A program made the position numbers and the translations under genes. The notes beneath the pieces are model-generated. The model searched no databases. It had not been told where the DNA came from and was given only the letters and a program-made list of their open reading frames with translations. A stretch of DNA of 64,000 nucleotides from a bacterium (lineage in GTDB: Bacteria > Patescibacteriota > Microgenomatia > Levybacterales > UBA12049): contig JAJYDJ010000003.1 in the NCBI GenBank assembly GCA_021777565.1, positions 65,001 to 129,000 of the forward strand, in the 5' to 3' direction. This document shows, piece after piece, positions 18,447-28,935 of the stretch. The first letter of the stretch is position 1, and every line of letters begins with the position of its first letter.

Positions 18447-20603
18447 ATGAGAAAGAAAGATATTGCACCAATAAGATTATTAAAAAGCCCTTTTGGGGCA
18501 TATAGAAATCGACGAATCGTTGGTGATATAAAATCTGAGATTAAAGAGATCTTGCGTAAAAAATCGTTAGCTGAGAAAGGACTCGCGAGTGAAAGAAGCA
18601 AATTCTCTCAATTGAAAGCGAAAACGGAACATCTATACGATATTTATTCTGGCCTTGAAGCATTGAAACAGCTACATAAGCTTCCTCCTCAAAAGGCAGA
18701 GAACAAAGCTATAGAAATATTAAAGGCTGAAATTAAGCGCCTTGAAGCATTAGTGACACTCCAAAGAGAAGAATTAACCAAGAATTTTTATGAAAATCCT
18801 CTTCTCGGGATCCACAAGCCTGTATTTGAGAGATCATACAATCCTATACGTTTCGTTACCAATCTTGTTCACTATAACAAAGAAAAACAAATCTATAACA
18901 AAGTCGTAAACGAGTCAAAGCACGCTGAATACAACAATATCATTGGAAAAGAAGCTAATCATATTCATGTCTCAAATAATGGCACCAGACAATATAAAAG
19001 CGAACAACTGATTGAGAAACAGCAATACATTGAACTTGGAGATAAACTTGTTGCAACGTACTATCTTGCTGATATTCCCGCATATTTAAACCCGTATTCA
19101 TTTTTCAAACTCATTAGCTCATCTCTTCCTTTTACTATCAGCATGTTTATTAAACCAACAGTAAATAGTTCACTCATTAAAATTGCACGTCAGCGATTAT
19201 CTGTGCTTGAGATGCAACAAAAAGAACGTGTGAATAAAGGCAAATTACGTGATGTTGAAACAGATAAACATATTGAGGAAACTTCTGCCTTCCTTGAAGA
19301 CTTAGTGCATGAGCTCGAGAGAGGTATTGAATATAGACTCTTTCTGTCCTTAGAAGCAAAAGATAAAGATGAACTCAAAAGATTACACAAGGAATTACGT
19401 AATGTCGCTGATGCTATGGAGTTTTCCTTTGCACGGTTCTTATATGGGCAGAAAAAGGCATTTGAAGCAACATTACCATTCAATACAAATCTCTTCGTTC
19501 ATAATCGTGTTATCCAGTCATCGGGAGCCGCCTATCTTATGCCATTTATTACAAAACAAATTCACGATCCTGAGGGTGTGTTTCTTGGAATTAATGCATA
19601 TTACGATAGTTTGGTATTTCTGAATCCATCTAGTGTAAGAAATAGCAATGTAAACATTCTAGGAGTATCAGGAGCAGGTAAATCTGTAACTGCGAAAGCA
19701 TTAGCAACACGACTGTATACTCGAGGGACACAAGTCATTATTATTGATCCCGAAGGCGAATATGTTGAATTTGCCAAGGCACTTGGGGGAGAAGTAGTTC
19801 AGTTCTCACGAAAAAATGGTATCAATCCATTCTCACTACGTAGCAAGGAAGAAGATGCTATCTTAGACCATGTAACTATCCTTAAAACGTTCTTCAAATC
19901 ATTCATCCCCGATGACACCTATGATAGCGCCGTACTTGATCAAGTTCTTGTATCGCTGTATAAGAATAGTGAACCAACATTCGAAAATTTCCTCAAATCA
20001 CTCCAGAAAGACCCCATGCACAAATACCTTAATGTGCTCAGTGAAGGCAGCTTACAAGGCATCTTTAACGCAAAACGAGAATTAGAGCTTACTAACGATC
20101 TTATTGTCTTTGATATTTCTCCACTCGGAGACACCGAGAAGAAGGCACCAGCAATGTATCTTCTTACAAGCCTCATTTGGCAACTAGTGAATAAGAAAAG
20201 TGATCGTAAACGAATGTTATTCATAGATGAAGCACATAAATTACTCAAAGACCGTGAAGTAGCAATTTTTTACAGGGAAATGGTTAAACAGGCAAGAAAA
20301 AGAAATTTAGGTGTGGTATCTATTACCCAGGATGTTGAGGATTTTCTTCATGGAGAGTTCGGAAAAGCAATTATCACCAATTCTGAAACAAAGATATTTC
20401 TCAAACAGTCATATGCTACTCTCAATCTCCTCAAGGATATTTTTCCTATGACACAGGAAGAGAGACAACAGTTGGGAAACTTGAATATTGGAGAAATGAT
20501 CCTCTTTCGAGAAAATGAACACATGAGAGTAGATTTTATGGTACTTCCTCACGAAGAACCATTTATCTTCCCCAAAACATATGCAGAAAATTCATCAGAG
20601 TAA
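18447..20603 (+). CDS. virB4: VirB4-like conjugal transfer ATPase
   Basis: Walker A GVSGAGKS, IIDPEGEY, Walker B LFIDEAH, ARKRNL...ITQ. Confidence 0.9.
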   Translation: MRKKDIAPIRLLKSPFGAYRNRRIVGDIKSEIKEILRKKSLAEKGLASERSKFSQLKAKTEHLYDIYSGLEALKQLHKLPPQKAENKAIEILKAEIKRLEALVTLQREELTKNFYENPLLGIHKPVFERSYNPIRFVTNLVHYNKEKQIYNKVVNESKHAEYNNIIGKEANHIHVSNNGTRQYKSEQLIEKQQYIELGDKLVATYYLADIPAYLNPYSFFKLISSSLPFTISMFIKPTVNSSLIKIARQRLSVLEMQQKERVNKGKLRDVETDKHIEETSAFLEDLVHELERGIEYRLFLSLEAKDKDELKRLHKELRNVADAMEFSFARFLYGQKKAFEATLPFNTNLFVHNRVIQSSGAAYLMPFITKQIHDPEGVFLGINAYYDSLVFLNPSSVRNSNVNILGVSGAGKSVTAKALATRLYTRGTQVIIIDPEGEYVEFAKALGGEVVQFSRKNGINPFSLRSKEEDAILDHVTILKTFFKSFIPDDTYDSAVLDQVLVSLYKNSEPTFENFLKSLQKDPMHKYLNVLSEGSLQGIFNAKRELELTNDLIVFDISPLGDTEKKAPAMYLLTSLIWQLVNKKSDRKRMLFIDEAHKLLKDREVAIFYREMVKQARKRNLGVVSITQDVEDFLHGEFGKAIITNSETKIFLKQSYATLNLLKDIFPMTQEERQQLGNLNIGEMILFRENEHMRVDFMVLPHEEPFIFPKTYAENSSE

Positions 20604-21339
20604 TCACTTCACAGAAATCGTCTCAGTTATAGATGGTCCCCTACAAGCGATCCTTAATAGCTTAGTACGCATTTTTCTCACGATGTTCCTCCCTTTCCCT
20701 ATTCCAGATGAAATTATCATGGAGCTCAGAGCATCAATACTCCAAATTCTTTTTATATTACTTCTTGTTCTTATTCTCACTGTCGTCAGCCTTATTGGCA
20801 TTTTCACTCTTCCATTAACACACCAAGTCACGACAATTGCTCCAGCAAGCGATAGCTCTTTCTCTGGGACAGATGTACCGTTTCAGAACCCATTAGGGGG
20901 AATTGGACTATCTTTTGTGCGTATTACTGCATACTTCCATGATAGTGACTATTACGCTCAATTTGGATTATGGCATGAAGGAGTAGATTTCGTACCATCT
21001 GACGCATATTACAAACAAAGTACAGCATATAATGCTCCTAAGAACGTTAATCATGACATTGATGTTTTCTCAACAATTAATGGTGTGGTAACTTATTATC
21101 AGGACCAATACGGATCACACACTATTGAGGTTTTAAACAATGAAGGGACACTAAAGGTTATATTTATGCATTTGAACGACGTATTTGTGAGTACAGGACA
21201 GTCCATAACTGCCGGAACACCGGTGGGAACCATGGGAGATACAGGCTTCTCAACAGGAGAACATTTACATTACCAAATAGATATAAGTAATAATGATTCA
21301 TGGACACCCATTGATCCTTTGGGATATATAAAACAATGA
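20581..21339 (+). CDS. M23 family peptidoglycan peptidase with TM anchor
   Basis: HEGVD (HxxxD); GDTGFSTGEHLHY (HxH). Confidence 0.9.
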   Translation: MQKIHQSNHFTEIVSVIDGPLQAILNSLVRIFLTMFLPFPIPDEIIMELRASILQILFILLLVLILTVVSLIGIFTLPLTHQVTTIAPASDSSFSGTDVPFQNPLGGIGLSFVRITAYFHDSDYYAQFGLWHEGVDFVPSDAYYKQSTAYNAPKNVNHDIDVFSTINGVVTYYQDQYGSHTIEVLNNEGTLKVIFMHLNDVFVSTGQSITAGTPVGTMGDTGFSTGEHLHYQIDISNNDSWTPIDPLGYIKQ

Positions 21340-21716
21340 TAAAACTATTTCTAAGACATACAATAGGCACAAAAGTTTTTCTCTATACGAGCGCAATACT
21401 TATTTTCATAATATGGTTTATTTACTTCCATATCATGGAGTACCACTATTGGCTCCAATCTGAGTGGCGTGTCTTTCTTTCTGCATTTATCCTTCTTTTG
21501 TCAGAAGGATTTATCTTTTTTTTGAATCAAAAATGCCGAAGTAAGAAAGAAGAAAAGCAATGGGATTTGATTACATCCATACCCAGAGAAGAGACAGAGA
21601 CACATCATATTCACACTATTGCTGATGGGATGAAGAAAGAATCGCAAAAAGAGGCAACGATTGCCTTTCACGAAGATATCCAGAAAAGAGAGGAGAAAGC
21701 ATGGAAAATACTTTAA
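21336..21716 (+). CDS. Hypothetical membrane protein
   Basis: Two TMs; translationally coupled in the operon. Confidence 0.6.
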   Translation: MIKLFLRHTIGTKVFLYTSAILIFIIWFIYFHIMEYHYWLQSEWRVFLSAFILLLSEGFIFFLNQKCRSKKEEKQWDLITSIPREETETHHIHTIADGMKKESQKEATIAFHEDIQKREEKAWKIL

Positions 21717-22483
21717 ATCCAAGACAGAGACAAAGATTAAAAATTGCAGTGATCATCATATCACTTCTATTTTTGCTTGGATACTTCTTTTTTCTATTCA
21801 GTAGGCATGATACGAACGAACAACAGCAAAACCCTGACCAAGTGGTATTTCAACAACCACTTCTCCAAGTTTTTCAATATAAGGAAACACTCAATACATA
21901 CCCCGATGCTATCCGTATACATTATCCCTATCTTTTAGTTGTTAGACCAAATGAAGGAACTACACAAATCTACAATTTACAGCAGAAAACTAAAGATAAA
22001 AAAACTAATGCAGTTCTTCTTGATTATTACGAAGAAATCGAAATATATAACAAAGCAGGCAAAACATACGTCGACAATACAAACCTCAATGTACTTTGTA
22101 CGCTTGCTTTCATGAAGACGAAGCAAGATGTTCTGTGCGTTACCAAACTTGACAGTAACAAACCTGACGTTTCTCTTATTGAGATTGATACAAATACTCT
22201 TACACAAAAAATATTACATACCTCACACATGCTCATTACCGCAATATACTATGCAAATAGTACAATATATCTAGGAGAATATGATCCAGTAATTCAAAAA
22301 TCATTTATCTCAACAAATAACGACACTATTCCTGTACCTGACTGGATTAATATTATCTATCCTATGAATAGCCAGATATACCTTGCCTCTTTTAAGAGTG
22401 TAAGAAATAACAATAAAGAATCTTACAGTTTATTCCAAAACAATAATATAAACTTGATAACACAAGGTGAAATTAGGTTCTAA
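21701..22483 (+). CDS. Hypothetical membrane-anchored extracellular protein
   Basis: Single N-terminal TM then a beta-rich domain. Confidence 0.65.
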   Translation: MENTLNPRQRQRLKIAVIIISLLFLLGYFFFLFSRHDTNEQQQNPDQVVFQQPLLQVFQYKETLNTYPDAIRIHYPYLLVVRPNEGTTQIYNLQQKTKDKKTNAVLLDYYEEIEIYNKAGKTYVDNTNLNVLCTLAFMKTKQDVLCVTKLDSNKPDVSLIEIDTNTLTQKILHTSHMLITAIYYANSTIYLGEYDPVIQKSFISTNNDTIPVPDWINIIYPMNSQIYLASFKSVRNNNKESYSLFQNNNINLITQGEIRF

Positions 22484-22539
22484 TTATATGGCACAAAATA
22501 CTTGCGGCTTTTTTTCCAAAACTAGTATATAATCTTTTT

Positions 22540-23652
22540 ATGAGAAGCTTTGTGGCTAACAATTTAACTTTTACCTCAATACTATCAAATGCACCTAAAT
22601 TAGTGTCTCTTTTTTCTGGCTGCGGTGGATTAGACCTTGGATTCAAGATGGCAGGATATGAAATAGTTTGGGCAAATGATTTTGATCATTGGTCGTGTGA
22701 GACTTATAAAAGAAATTTTGGTGACCATATTTTAGAAGGAGATATTACTAAAATAAATTTTGATGAAATTCCTGACGCAGATATCATAACTGGTGGATTT
22801 CCATGTCAAGATTTCTCCATGATATGGAAGCGTGAAGGCTTAGGGACAGAAAGAGGCAATCTATATACTTACTTCGTTAAAGCAGTTAAAACAAAAATGC
22901 CAAAAGTTTTTGTAGCAGAGAATGTAAAGGGGTTGTTAACAGCTAATGGAGGAAAAGCTATACAACAAATTGTAAATGATTTTGCAAAATTAGGGTATAA
23001 GATAAATATTGATCTATATAACTTTGCCGAGTATGGAGCACCCCAACTGAGAGAGAGAGTACTAATTGTTGGTGTTAGATCTGATTTGGAATTTTCATTT
23101 AAAAAACCAGAGCCTTTGAGGAATAGTTGGAATTATATGACAGCTGGGGAAGCCCTCTTAGGGGTAGAGAAAGTGAACTACAACAATGAACATCAGAATA
23201 TAAAAGAGAAAACAAAAGAGATGCTTAAGTTAATTCCAGAAGGTGGTAACTTCAGCTCAATTCCTAAAGATAGTCCATATTACGTAAAAGGCATGATTAG
23301 TCACGTGTACCGAAGGCTCCACCGCAACAAGCCCTCTACAACTATTATTGCTGGTGGTGGTGGTGGGACATGGGGGTATCATTACGAAGAACCACGTCCG
23401 TTGACTAATAGAGAAAGAGCTCGTTTGTTTGGTTACCCAGATAATTTTGTGTTCGAAGGATCAATAAGTGAAGTTCGTCATCAAATTGGTAATTCTGTCC
23501 CTCCTATTGCCGCTAAAGTTGTTGCACAGCAATTGCTCCCAGCATTCGAAGCAAATTCTATTGTTGTAGTAAATTCAAAGAATGAAGTTGATTATACTCA
23601 AAAAATTGAAAGTACTTTGAATCTAAAACAATTTACGTTTGCGTTAGGATAA
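22540..23652 (+). CDS. dcm: C5-cytosine DNA methyltransferase (M.CglI/M.NgoAVII-like)
   Basis: FSGCGG, GFPCQ, ENVKG, QLRERV, IGNSV motifs. Confidence 0.95.
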   Translation: MRSFVANNLTFTSILSNAPKLVSLFSGCGGLDLGFKMAGYEIVWANDFDHWSCETYKRNFGDHILEGDITKINFDEIPDADIITGGFPCQDFSMIWKREGLGTERGNLYTYFVKAVKTKMPKVFVAENVKGLLTANGGKAIQQIVNDFAKLGYKINIDLYNFAEYGAPQLRERVLIVGVRSDLEFSFKKPEPLRNSWNYMTAGEALLGVEKVNYNNEHQNIKEKTKEMLKLIPEGGNFSSIPKDSPYYVKGMISHVYRRLHRNKPSTTIIAGGGGGTWGYHYEEPRPLTNRERARLFGYPDNFVFEGSISEVRHQIGNSVPPIAAKVVAQQLLPAFEANSIVVVNSKNEVDYTQKIESTLNLKQFTFALG

Positions 23653-23654
23653 TT

Positions 23655-24713
23655 ATGGCACTTTTATTTTCTAATTTTCCACCACTAAGAACATCTTATC
23701 CTACATATTCTTCCATTTTTAAAGAAAATTTGCAGGTATCAGAAAAGGTGAAAATTGCAACAGGGTATATCTCGTCAGATTCTGCAATAGATTTGAAGCG
23801 CATTATAGAAGACAACAATGGGCCTCATGTTGAGTTATGTGTTGGGATGCAATATTTTGATGGGTTGAACCCAGCTCAAAAAGATGCTTTAGAAAGTTTA
23901 AATACTTCACTGCAAAACAATAACTTAGGAAGAGTATATATGGTAACAACATTCCCATTTCATGGAAAGGTTGTATCCTTTTCAAGGAAAGACACTGTAA
24001 CCTGTTCTATCATCGGATCGTCAAACTTATCAAATATAATTGATGACTGTAGGCAATATGAAGCTGATTATCTATTCAATCAATGCAAGGAGTCTGATGA
24101 ACTCGATCAATTTATCAAAAAATTAATAACAGTCTCGTCACAACCCTTAGAAGGGCTTCAATTAAAGATCATCGAGCCAAATAATGATCTTCTTGCTAAT
24201 CAAATGGGGGTACAGAAATTGACTCTTAAAGATGTACAAAATGCTATGCAGAACCTATCAGATCTAAAATTTCAAATTCCATTAAAAGGCAATGAAGCTC
24301 CCAAAAGTAGCCTTAATCCTTTTTTCGGAGAGGGGAGAAAGAATATTCAAGGATTCATTATACCTCGGCCTTGGTATGAAGTTGAACTTATTGTTCCTAA
24401 GTCAATCACACAATCTGATGGATATCCTAATTCAAAAATTACTCAGGACAATTCATTTCCAGTAATTACGGATGATGGATGGTCATTTCAATGTAAAGTA
24501 AGTGGCGATTACAGCAAGAACTTTCGTTCATGTAATGATTTAAAGATTCTAGGCAAATGGATAAAGGGAAGACTTGAAAACGCTGGAGCATTAAAACCAG
24601 GAGAACTTGTAACAGATACGACTTTTTATAAATATGGACGATCAAGTATCGATTTTACTAGAATAAAAAATTCTGAGAGTTGGTATTTGGATTTTGGAGT
24701 TAATAATGGATAA
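23655..24713 (+). CDS. PLD-family restriction endonuclease (NgoFVII/R.CglI-like)
   Basis: FHGK...IIGSSNLS PLD motif; PRPWYEVEL and LGKWIKGRL in the C-terminal domain. Confidence 0.85.
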   Translation: MALLFSNFPPLRTSYPTYSSIFKENLQVSEKVKIATGYISSDSAIDLKRIIEDNNGPHVELCVGMQYFDGLNPAQKDALESLNTSLQNNNLGRVYMVTTFPFHGKVVSFSRKDTVTCSIIGSSNLSNIIDDCRQYEADYLFNQCKESDELDQFIKKLITVSSQPLEGLQLKIIEPNNDLLANQMGVQKLTLKDVQNAMQNLSDLKFQIPLKGNEAPKSSLNPFFGEGRKNIQGFIIPRPWYEVELIVPKSITQSDGYPNSKITQDNSFPVITDDGWSFQCKVSGDYSKNFRSCNDLKILGKWIKGRLENAGALKPGELVTDTTFYKYGRSSIDFTRIKNSESWYLDFGVNNG

Positions 24714-26598
24714 TCACCTTACAAATTATCTTAAAATACTTGAGCAAACATCTTCAGATGCTGTATTGTCAGTAAAAAATACCGTAGAGAAAATTATTCC
24801 AGAACATATAGAATCATTTACACATAAGGAACATATTAGAGGTTTACTGTTAGGGCAAGTGCAAAGCGGTAAAACAAGTCAAATGCTCGGTATTATCGCT
24901 GCTACAGCTGATATAGACAATGGTTTCAAAATATTTGTTCTTCTTACAACCGATAATACTGCTTTACAGCAACAAACTCTGAAAAGAGCACTTGCCTCCA
25001 TGGACACATTCAATGTATGTGATGAGCACGATGAGATGCGCTTTATGGAAGGTGGTATTCGTAAACCATCTTTAATTGTTCTGAAGAAAAATTCGAGTAT
25101 CCTAAAAACGTGGAGGAATATTCTAGGTTCATCGGAACTCAATAAAGGTCGACCAATATTCTTGGTTGATGATGAAGCTGACGCTGCTAGTCTTAATACA
25201 CTAGTTAACAAACAAGAACAAAGTGCAATTAATACACATTTAGAGGCCATATTAAAACTTTTTACAAGTAGTGTTTATCTACAGGTAACGGCAACCCCCC
25301 AATCATTGTTTTTACAAACCGAAGAATCTGGTTGGAAACCTTCATTCGTACACTACTTTCCTCCAGGTAAAAATTATTTAGGCGGGAACTTTTTTTATAC
25401 AAAACCAAAACCATTTACAAACAGATTTACTCAAGATGATGAACTACAAGTCCTCTTAAGAGAGAAATTCATTGCCGATGGACTTAAGCTTGCCATAGAA
25501 AACTTCCTTATAACCTCATCACATCTTACATTGGGGTCTGAATCAAGTGTTTGTAACTTTCTAGTACATCCTAGTGTAAAAATTGACGATCATGAAAAGA
25601 TTAAATCAAAAGTCGTTGACTATCTCAATTATATATTCTCATCTCTTGATTCCAAAGACGTTATTTCTAGACTTAAACATGCGTGGGATGATCTGAAAAC
25701 ATCAAAGCCAGATCTTATTGCATTCGAAGATATTGTGAGTTTTTTGGCAACAAAACCAGAAATAACTGTTATTACAATGAACTCTGGACCAAAGAGTGAT
25801 GCACATTTGACCTATGATGAAGGTCTCAATATTGTTATTGGAGGAAATAGTTTAGGAAGAGGGGTCACATTCAAATGCCTTCAAACAGTTTATTATTGTC
25901 GATCTTCTAAAATACCTCAGGCAGATACTTTCTGGCAACATAGCAGAATGTTTGGTTATGATAGAGACCCTTTACTTATGAGAGTTTTTATGCCACAAGC
26001 GTTATTTAATATGTTCTCAGAGATCAATGATTCAAATGAGATTCTTATCAAGCAAATTGAAGAGAACAAGTTTGATGAAATTCAAATAGTAACTAGTAAT
26101 AAAATTAAACCTACTAGGAAAAATGTTATAGATCAAGATAGATATAATTATCTCGTAGGGGGTGTTAATTACTTTCCACCATATCCTGATCAAGACAACC
26201 TTGCTCTTATGGATAACATTCTGAATAATTTTGATTCAACGAAGAAAGTACATGATATAACAATCGATGATTTGGTGAAAATAGTTTCTAACCTAAAATC
26301 TGATCTATCAAATAGCTGGTCGATTGAATCATTTGTAAATGCATTACTTGCTGTAAAAGCTCAGAGAGGTACTCCTAACCTGGCAAAGCTTATTATCAGA
26401 AGAGACAGAGATATTGGATATGGGACAGGTACTATGCTATCCCCTGATGATAGACAACTAGGAAATGATATTGAGAACCTTCCTGTAATTACTTTCTATA
26501 GGATTAATGGGCAAAAGGAGAAAAACTGGCAAGGACATCCATTCTGGATGCCTAATATAAAACTTCCAATAGGGAAGGTTTTCCATAGAGTGGATTAG
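24706..26598 (+). CDS. DEAD-like ATPase with Z1 domain (N.NgoAVII/CglIIR-like)
   Basis: GQVQSGKT, DDEAD, TATPQ, GGNSLGRGVT, QHSRMFGY. Confidence 0.88.
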   Translation: MDNHLTNYLKILEQTSSDAVLSVKNTVEKIIPEHIESFTHKEHIRGLLLGQVQSGKTSQMLGIIAATADIDNGFKIFVLLTTDNTALQQQTLKRALASMDTFNVCDEHDEMRFMEGGIRKPSLIVLKKNSSILKTWRNILGSSELNKGRPIFLVDDEADAASLNTLVNKQEQSAINTHLEAILKLFTSSVYLQVTATPQSLFLQTEESGWKPSFVHYFPPGKNYLGGNFFYTKPKPFTNRFTQDDELQVLLREKFIADGLKLAIENFLITSSHLTLGSESSVCNFLVHPSVKIDDHEKIKSKVVDYLNYIFSSLDSKDVISRLKHAWDDLKTSKPDLIAFEDIVSFLATKPEITVITMNSGPKSDAHLTYDEGLNIVIGGNSLGRGVTFKCLQTVYYCRSSKIPQADTFWQHSRMFGYDRDPLLMRVFMPQALFNMFSEINDSNEILIKQIEENKFDEIQIVTSNKIKPTRKNVIDQDRYNYLVGGVNYFPPYPDQDNLALMDNILNNFDSTKKVHDITIDDLVKIVSNLKSDLSNSWSIESFVNALLAVKAQRGTPNLAKLIIRRDRDIGYGTGTMLSPDDRQLGNDIENLPVITFYRINGQKEKNWQGHPFWMPNIKLPIGKVFHRVD

Positions 26599-26633
26599 TT
26601 GTTTTATTTATCAACCGCGAGTTATCATAAATA

Positions 26634-26978
26634 TCAGTTTCTACTCTCAATTCTAGTCCTTATTCTCGCCCTATTCTGCTCATGTTCAGCAACTACCTCC
26701 TTATATTGATCCTCTCCTCCCATAACTGCGGCTAGATATAGCATACCAAAGTCAATTCCATACTTTGCAGTATAGTAACCACCAAGTTCAGCGAAAGGAC
26801 TAAGCTTTTCCTTACCACCTTTTGTCTCCTTCTGAACTTTCTTTATAAATTCTACATCTTCTGGTGGAACTTGCCCAATAAAGGCCAATTCAACAAGATT
26901 GATCTGATTTTGGGTTAACACAATCTTATCTTCAGATAAAATCTCAATATCGTTCATTTTGTTTTTCATTGACTTCAT
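26634..26978 (-). CDS. Hypothetical protein
   Basis: 114-aa ORF at the element edge; no recognised motif. Confidence 0.55.
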   Translation of the reverse strand: MKSMKNKMNDIEILSEDKIVLTQNQINLVELAFIGQVPPEDVEFIKKVQKETKGGKEKLSPFAELGGYYTAKYGIDFGMLYLAAVMGGEDQYKEVVAEHEQNRARIRTRIESRN

Positions 26979-27116
26979 TATACAATACTCTTGTAGGAAT
27001 TACGTTTACAGCCATAAGCATCCATTAGTTTAAATATCCAGACTAGAAGCGGTTCGATGGTGTTTGCATTGAGTCTGCACTTTTCACACCTTTTAGCCTC
27101 AAAATAGCCTATAATC

Positions 27117-27146
27117 TTGACCCAGTACCCCTACATATGGTATACT
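27117..27146 (+). promoter_or_regulatory. Promoter of the DEAD-box helicase gene
   Basis: TTGACC-18 bp-TATACT with extended -10 TGn. Confidence 0.6.
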
Positions 27147-27305
27147 ACCGTTAGCAGATTGAGAGAAATGATCTGCTTAATAAGCAGTATATTTGATTAG
27201 ATAAGTAAAAGATAAAAGTAATAGAAATTTTAATATCCGTATCTTTCTTCACTAACTCCAAATCATCTTCATTAAGCAGTTCCTTTTTTCTCAACTGCAT
27301 AGTAT

Positions 27306-28481
27306 ATGCAAAATAAACACTTTCACGCACCACAACGTGCACAAAAGAAGCCTAAAACTATCTCACAGAATGATTTAGTAGCACTTATTGCCTCAAGCAA
27401 GATAGAAAAAAGTACCTATCTTGAGCCAGAGATTGTTGATGCACAAGTAAAAACATTTGATGAATTCGCTATCTCCCAACAGCTCTTGCAAAATATTTTG
27501 AGCAAAGGCTATACCCAGCCAACACCAATTCAGGCGCAGGCCATCCCAGCAATTCTTGCAGACAGGGATGTAATTGGTATTGCAGATACAGGGACAGGAA
27601 AGACAGCTGCATTTTTGATCCCACTCATTGAAAAAGTTGTGAAACAGCCTACAGAAAAAGTACTTATTATCACGCCAACACGTGAGCTGGCGGTGCAGAT
27701 TCGTGATGAACTCGCTTCATTTACCGATGGGTTCTCTATCAAGTCCACACTCTTGATCGGTGGTATGAATATCGAAAGACAAAAACAAAATTTGAAAGAG
27801 AATCCTCACTTTGTTATCGGGACGCCCGGCAGAATAAAAGATCTTTTGAAAAGCCCTCACTTTTCTCTTACTCAATTCACTAACGTTGTCTTGGACGAAG
27901 CAGATCGCATGGTCGATATTGGTTTTATACACGATATCAAATATTTCATAAGCCTCCTCCCTCAACAACGCCTTTCACTCTTTTTCTCTGCAACGATAAA
28001 TCATAAAGTAAAAGAGATTTTAGAGAAATTTGTTTCTAACCCAATTACTATTTCAATAAAACAAAAAGAGACAGCACCTTTGGTTGAGCAAAGGCTTATT
28101 CGCCTAGAACCTGGCATGAATAAAATTGACACACTACATGACCTTTTAGTACGTGAAAATTGTACCAAAGCCATACTTTTTGGCCGAACCAAATGGGGAA
28201 TAGAACATCTTGAGAAAGACCTTGTCAGGAGAGGTTTTCATGTGGCAGCAATACATGGGAATAAAAATCAGAATCAGAGACAGCGCGCAATTACACAATT
28301 TAAAGAAGGACTAGTACAAATTCTTTTAGCAACAGACGTCGCATCTCGAGGACTAGACATCCCAGACGTGACTCATGTGATCAACTATGATCTACCAGCA
28401 ACCCATGAGGACTATATTCACCGCATAGGAAGAACTGGGCGTGCACAAAAACAAGGAATTGCATTTACCTTTCTAACGTAA
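27306..28481 (+). CDS. DEAD-box RNA helicase
   Basis: Q motif, GTGKT, PTRELA, DEAD, SAT, HRIGRTGR. Confidence 0.96.
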   Translation: MQNKHFHAPQRAQKKPKTISQNDLVALIASSKIEKSTYLEPEIVDAQVKTFDEFAISQQLLQNILSKGYTQPTPIQAQAIPAILADRDVIGIADTGTGKTAAFLIPLIEKVVKQPTEKVLIITPTRELAVQIRDELASFTDGFSIKSTLLIGGMNIERQKQNLKENPHFVIGTPGRIKDLLKSPHFSLTQFTNVVLDEADRMVDIGFIHDIKYFISLLPQQRLSLFFSATINHKVKEILEKFVSNPITISIKQKETAPLVEQRLIRLEPGMNKIDTLHDLLVRENCTKAILFGRTKWGIEHLEKDLVRRGFHVAAIHGNKNQNQRQRAITQFKEGLVQILLATDVASRGLDIPDVTHVINYDLPATHEDYIHRIGRTGRAQKQGIAFTFLT

Positions 28482-28615
28482 CCAACAATACTTACGGAAC
28501 ATGTGCTATACTATATATAGACATACCTTGTCTACCACATCAGTGGTCGTTTATTACAGCTTATAAACCTTTACGTTTTAGCATTAGCTTCTTACACACG
28601 TTACAATACAAAAAT

Positions 28616-28867
28616 ATGAAAAATACGTCTGAAAAACTAGCCCCTTGCACCCGTTGTGGGAGTGAACAAATAGTTGCAAAGACATGGACTGAAAATGTTC
28701 CAAATCTTGTTGGGACAACAACCGTACAATATTCAATTATGGTCTGTACCAATGAAGCATGTCAAAAAGAATTTGATCAAAACCGTCTAAAAGAGAAAGA
28801 AAAGAGACAGCAACTGCAACTCCAGAAGGAAGAACGAACAAAAAACAACGCCAAGAAAAAAGCATAA
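28616..28867 (+). CDS. Small putative Zn-ribbon protein with charged tail
   Basis: CTRC...CTNEAC, then a Lys/Glu-rich helix. Confidence 0.65.
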   Translation: MKNTSEKLAPCTRCGSEQIVAKTWTENVPNLVGTTTVQYSIMVCTNEACQKEFDQNRLKEKEKRQQLQLQKEERTKNNAKKKA

Positions 28868-28935
28868 CCCTTTTTAACCTTCACCAATTACAAACCAGAC
28901 ATTGACAAATCCTAGAGAGTGCTATAATAGCGATT

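Larger units (their letters stand above)
411..26598. mobile_element. Integrative conjugative-type element (ICE-like) at tRNA-Glu; right boundary approximate (26.6-27.1 kb)
   Basis: Serine integrase abuts the tRNA 3' end; T4CP, Replic_Relax, VirB2/B4/B6-like, M23, cargo and RM genes follow; housekeeping genes resume at 27306; attR not found. Confidence 0.8.

Noticed and set aside
411-26598. Avoidance of GCSGC in the element as support for RM specificity
   Set aside because: Sites are present (e.g. 9929-9933, 17344-17348); depletion cannot be claimed without counting.
26641-26646. CTACTC matching 418-423 as attR core
   Set aside because: 6-bp match inside an ORF; not significant without an empty-site comparison.
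27051-27057. GGTTCGA T-loop-like motif as a tRNA remnant
   Set aside because: No flanking T-stem or cloverleaf.
27128-27134. CCCCTAC matching the tRNA 3' region (408-414) as attR
   Set aside because: Only 7 bp and it lies within the spacer of the helicase promoter; expected by chance.
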